Below are positions 28,615-30,789 of a stretch of 30,789 nucleotides of DNA, piece after piece. A program made the translations under genes and the position numbers. Positions within the stretch are counted from its first letter, which is position 1; every line of letters starts with the position of its first letter. The DNA comes from Myxococcales bacterium. GTDB taxonomy: Bacteria > Myxococcota_A > UBA9042 > JABWCM01 > BTVJ01. Location of the stretch: NCBI GenBank assembly GCA_045863395.1, contig BTVJ01000091.1:1-30789 (forward strand), written 5' to 3'. Under the pieces are notes generated by a model, which saw only the letters and a program-made list of their open reading frames with translations, did not search any database and had not been told where the DNA came from.

Positions 28615-28647
28615 CGGCGGCGACGGGGGCAAACAGGCCAGATTCGA

Positions 28648-28697
28648 CCGGACTTTTCGGACGCCGATCACGGCCGGACCTCATCGGCCCCGATGGC
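28648..28697 (+). repeat. Two imperfect tandem repeats resembling an IS21-type terminal region
   Basis: CCGGACTTTTCGGACGCCGAT and CCGGACCTCATCGGCCCCGAT, 26 bp apart. Confidence 0.35.
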
Positions 28698-29009
28698 TGT
28701 ATCATCCTGGGGGGAGCGTGGTGCCCCCTCTGCTTGGGGCCGTAGCGGGTTGATCCAGACCTCACCTCGGGGACGCAGAACGACCGGGCTTCCGTGGGGA
28801 AACCGCTCGGGGTGCGCCTTGAAGGCGGCATCCATGACCGCCTGCCTGGCTGGAAGGAGCTCCTCGATGCGGTCGAAGTGCACGTCCGCCGGGGTGAACA
28901 TCGCCAAGCCGCTGTGATGGTGCTCGTCGTTGTACCAGGCGAAGAAGTCGATGCAGTGGGCACGTCCATCCTCGATGCACCCGAACCTATTGGGGAAGTC
29001 CGGGCTGTA

Positions 29010-29194
29010 CTTCAGGGCCGCAACGCCCTGCCTGCCGTGCTTCGTCATCTCTTCCATCAGCTTCCTCACCTGCTGGTCCGTCGTGATCGCGCTGCCCTCC
29101 GAGTTGAGGGCTCACGTTGTCGCCGACGGCGCCTCCTCACGCCAGGGGTGGGGAGATGTAGTTGTCGTCGGTGGGGAGATGTAATTGTCGTTCA
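29010..29194 (-). mobile_element. IS21-family left end with the first ~26 codons of istA
   Basis: TG-started end with two 22-bp direct repeats (29147-29168 and 29170-29191, one mismatch) and a third degenerate copy near 29103-29124. RBS GGAGGG precedes ITTDQQVRKLMEEMTKHGRQGVAALK, resembling IstA N-termini. Confidence 0.65.
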
Positions 29195-29254
29195 GCACCG
29201 GTCGACGGTAGCCCCGGCCCGCAGCGGCGGAAGGACCACCTCCTCGGACAGCCC

Positions 29255-30154
29255 GCCACGGGTGGTGAGGACGGGGCACACGCGCACGCCCTCGACGACC
29301 ACCCGGAGCGCCCCCGGCGCGAGCGCTGCTCCGCTGGCACGGCCTCGGGACCATGACGCGGCCTTGGAACCAGCTCGGGGTGCGGGCTATGCTCCGGCCA
29401 TGGAGACACCGGACCTGAACCTGCTGGTGGCGCTGGACGTCCTGCTCGAGGAGGGGAGCGTCGCCGCCGCCGCCCGCCGCCTGCGCCTGAGCGCGTCCGC
29501 GATGAGCCGCACCCTCGCCCGGCTGCGCGAGGTGACAGGCGACCCCTTGCTGGTCCGAGCGGGGCGCCGGCTCGTCCCGACGCCGCGGGCGGCGGAGCTC
29601 GCTCAGCGGGTGGGTCCCGTCGTGCAGGAGGCCAGAGCCCTGCTCCACCCCGGCGCCGCCGTCGATGTGCGCACGCTCGTCCGGACGTTCACCCTCCGGA
29701 CCAGCGACGGGTTCGTCGAGACGTTCGGCCCGGCCCTCATCGCGCGGGTGGCTGCCGACGCACCGGGGGTGCGGCTGCGGTTCGTCCAGAAGCTGACCAA
29801 GGAGAGCGGCCCCCTCCGGGACGGAGAGATCGATCTGGAGACCGGCGTGGTCGGCACCGGGACAGGCTCGGAGCTTCGCGCCCAGGGGCTCTTCCGGGAC
29901 CGGTTCGTGGGAGCGGTCCGGCCGGGGCACCCCCTCGCAGGCGGCGAAGTGACGGCGCAGGGCTACGCGGGCTGTCGACACGTCGTGGCGTCCCGCAGAG
30001 GGACGGGCGGCGGTCCGGTCGACGACGCCCTGGCGCTGCTCGGGCTCGAGCGAGACGTGGCCGCCGTCGTCGGCGGCTTCGCGTCAGCGCTCGCCTTGGT
30101 GCGCGGGACCGACCTGGTCGCGACCGTGCCGGCGCGCCACACCAAAGGCCTGAG
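29255..30154 (+). repeat. Direct repeat copy 2 (~900 bp)
   Basis: Matches about 12130-13030; the shared sequence ends at ...ACCAAAGGCCTGAG. Confidence 0.95.
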
Positions 30155-30305
30155 AGAGGGGCTCCACACGTTCCCACTCCCGTTCGCCGTCCCGGAGGTC
30201 CTCCTGTCGCTCCTGTGGCACCCGCGCCTCGACGCGGATCCGGCCCACCGCTGGCTGCGCCGCTGCGTCCGGGATGCCTGTGCCGAGCCCGATCCGCAGA
30301 GCTGA
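29400..30305 (+). CDS. LysR-family transcriptional regulator, intact (301 aa)
   Basis: N-terminal HTH and a full substrate-binding domain ending LLWHPRLDADPAHRWLR. Confidence 0.95.
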   Translation: METPDLNLLVALDVLLEEGSVAAAARRLRLSASAMSRTLARLREVTGDPLLVRAGRRLVPTPRAAELAQRVGPVVQEARALLHPGAAVDVRTLVRTFTLRTSDGFVETFGPALIARVAADAPGVRLRFVQKLTKESGPLRDGEIDLETGVVGTGTGSELRAQGLFRDRFVGAVRPGHPLAGGEVTAQGYAGCRHVVASRRGTGGGPVDDALALLGLERDVAAVVGGFASALALVRGTDLVATVPARHTKGLREGLHTFPLPFAVPEVLLSLLWHPRLDADPAHRWLRRCVRDACAEPDPQS

Positions 30306-30478
30306 GCGCGTCGGCGCCTCGTCGGGGTGGCCGCCCGTTCGGCGCGACAGGTGGTGGCAGGCCGGTCGGTCCGTGCGGCCTCCCTCTGGCTCGTCACGCG
30401 ACCGTGAAGCTGTTGGCGCGGGCGGCGCCGGCAGGCCCGCCCGTGGCCCTGGGAGCGGCAGTGTGGCGCAGCACCGGG

Positions 30479-30789
30479 CTACAGCGTCTCGGGGTCGCCG
30501 CCCTCGATGAAGATGCGGTGCCACATGGCGAGGTTGAGGAGGCGCCAGACGTCTGCGCCGCCGCGCTGCTGCACGAAGGACCGGACGGCGACGCGGTCGA
30601 GGAGCTCCGTGGTGGCACAGAAGGCATCGATGCGCTGCCGGGCGACGTCTCCGAGGCGCCCCAAGGTCCACTCGTGGACCGGGACGCCGAAGCCCTGCTT
30701 CTGGCGGTCGATGAACTCGTCGGGGATCACGCCCCGGACCGCCTTCTTGAGGATGTGCTTCAGCGTGCCGTTCCGCGTCTTGGCCGCCG
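30479..30789 (-). CDS. asnB: Asparagine synthase (glutamine-hydrolysing)-like protein, 3' end (runs off the window)
   Basis: TLKHILKKAVRGVIPDEFIDRQKQGFGVPVHEW...VWRLLNLAMWHRIF is a typical AsnB-family C-terminus. Confidence 0.8.
   Translation of the reverse strand, partial: AAKTRNGTLKHILKKAVRGVIPDEFIDRQKQGFGVPVHEWTLGRLGDVARQRIDAFCATTELLDRVAVRSFVQQRGGADVWRLLNLAMWHRIFIEGGDPETL

Larger units (their letters stand above)
28289..29017 (-). mobile_element. IS3-family-like transposase 3' remnant with right end
   Basis: LKYSPDFPNRF..IEDGR.....FFAWYNDEHHHSGL..FTPADVH...AFKAHPERF......VWINP. Minus-strand terminus CTCAAAGTCGTTGACACGCTCCG at 28311-28289. Confidence 0.75.
13031..29254. mobile_element. 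Genomic (defence) island bounded by the lysR direct repeats
   Basis: Flanked by the ~900-bp direct repeat with mobile-element debris at both edges. The core genes show visibly more A/T-ending codons than the flanks (not quantified). Confidence 0.8.

Noticed and set aside
28544..29191. Short direct repeats (26 bp x2 at 28544/28575; 22 bp x2 at 29147/29170) as a CRISPR array
   Set aside because: Only two copies each, separated by 5 bp and 1 bp, with no spacers; better explained as IS-end features.
28794..29399. N-terminal extension making a 503-aa LysR
   Set aside because: It is the antisense of IS remnants; the LysR HTH begins at ATG 29400.

Overview
GC-rich bacterial DNA; the Cys-rich lipoproteins suggest a Myxococcota-like host (inference). 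The left 12 kb holds a gluzincin-type lipoprotein, a PCYCGC-family lipoprotein, a GNAT, a ~1730-aa Cys-rich surface lipoprotein, a decayed MacB/TolC chimera and an MFS pump divergent from a LysR gene. The lysR region occurs twice as a ~900-bp direct repeat (about 12130-13030, truncated; about 29255-30154, intact gene) that brackets a ~16.2-kb island. The island's left edge has IS91/ISCR-like transposase remnants with an oriIS-like end and a serine-recombinase remnant. Its right edge has nested IS3/IS21 debris and a highly structured ~165-nt element. The island core is a tightly coupled, apparently intact operon: excisionase-type HTH, C5 cytosine methyltransferase, Vsr, a 1066-aa unknown protein with an N-terminal Zn finger, a 2034-aa DExH helicase with DUF1998-type C-terminus (DruE-like), an Fe-S-type RecB/Cas4-like nuclease and a truncated rhuM. 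This Druantia-related arrangement does not match the canonical types as I know them and is the best candidate for an undescribed defence system variant. The window ends in the 3' part of an asparagine synthase-like gene. All family calls come from motif recognition by eye, not from database searches.
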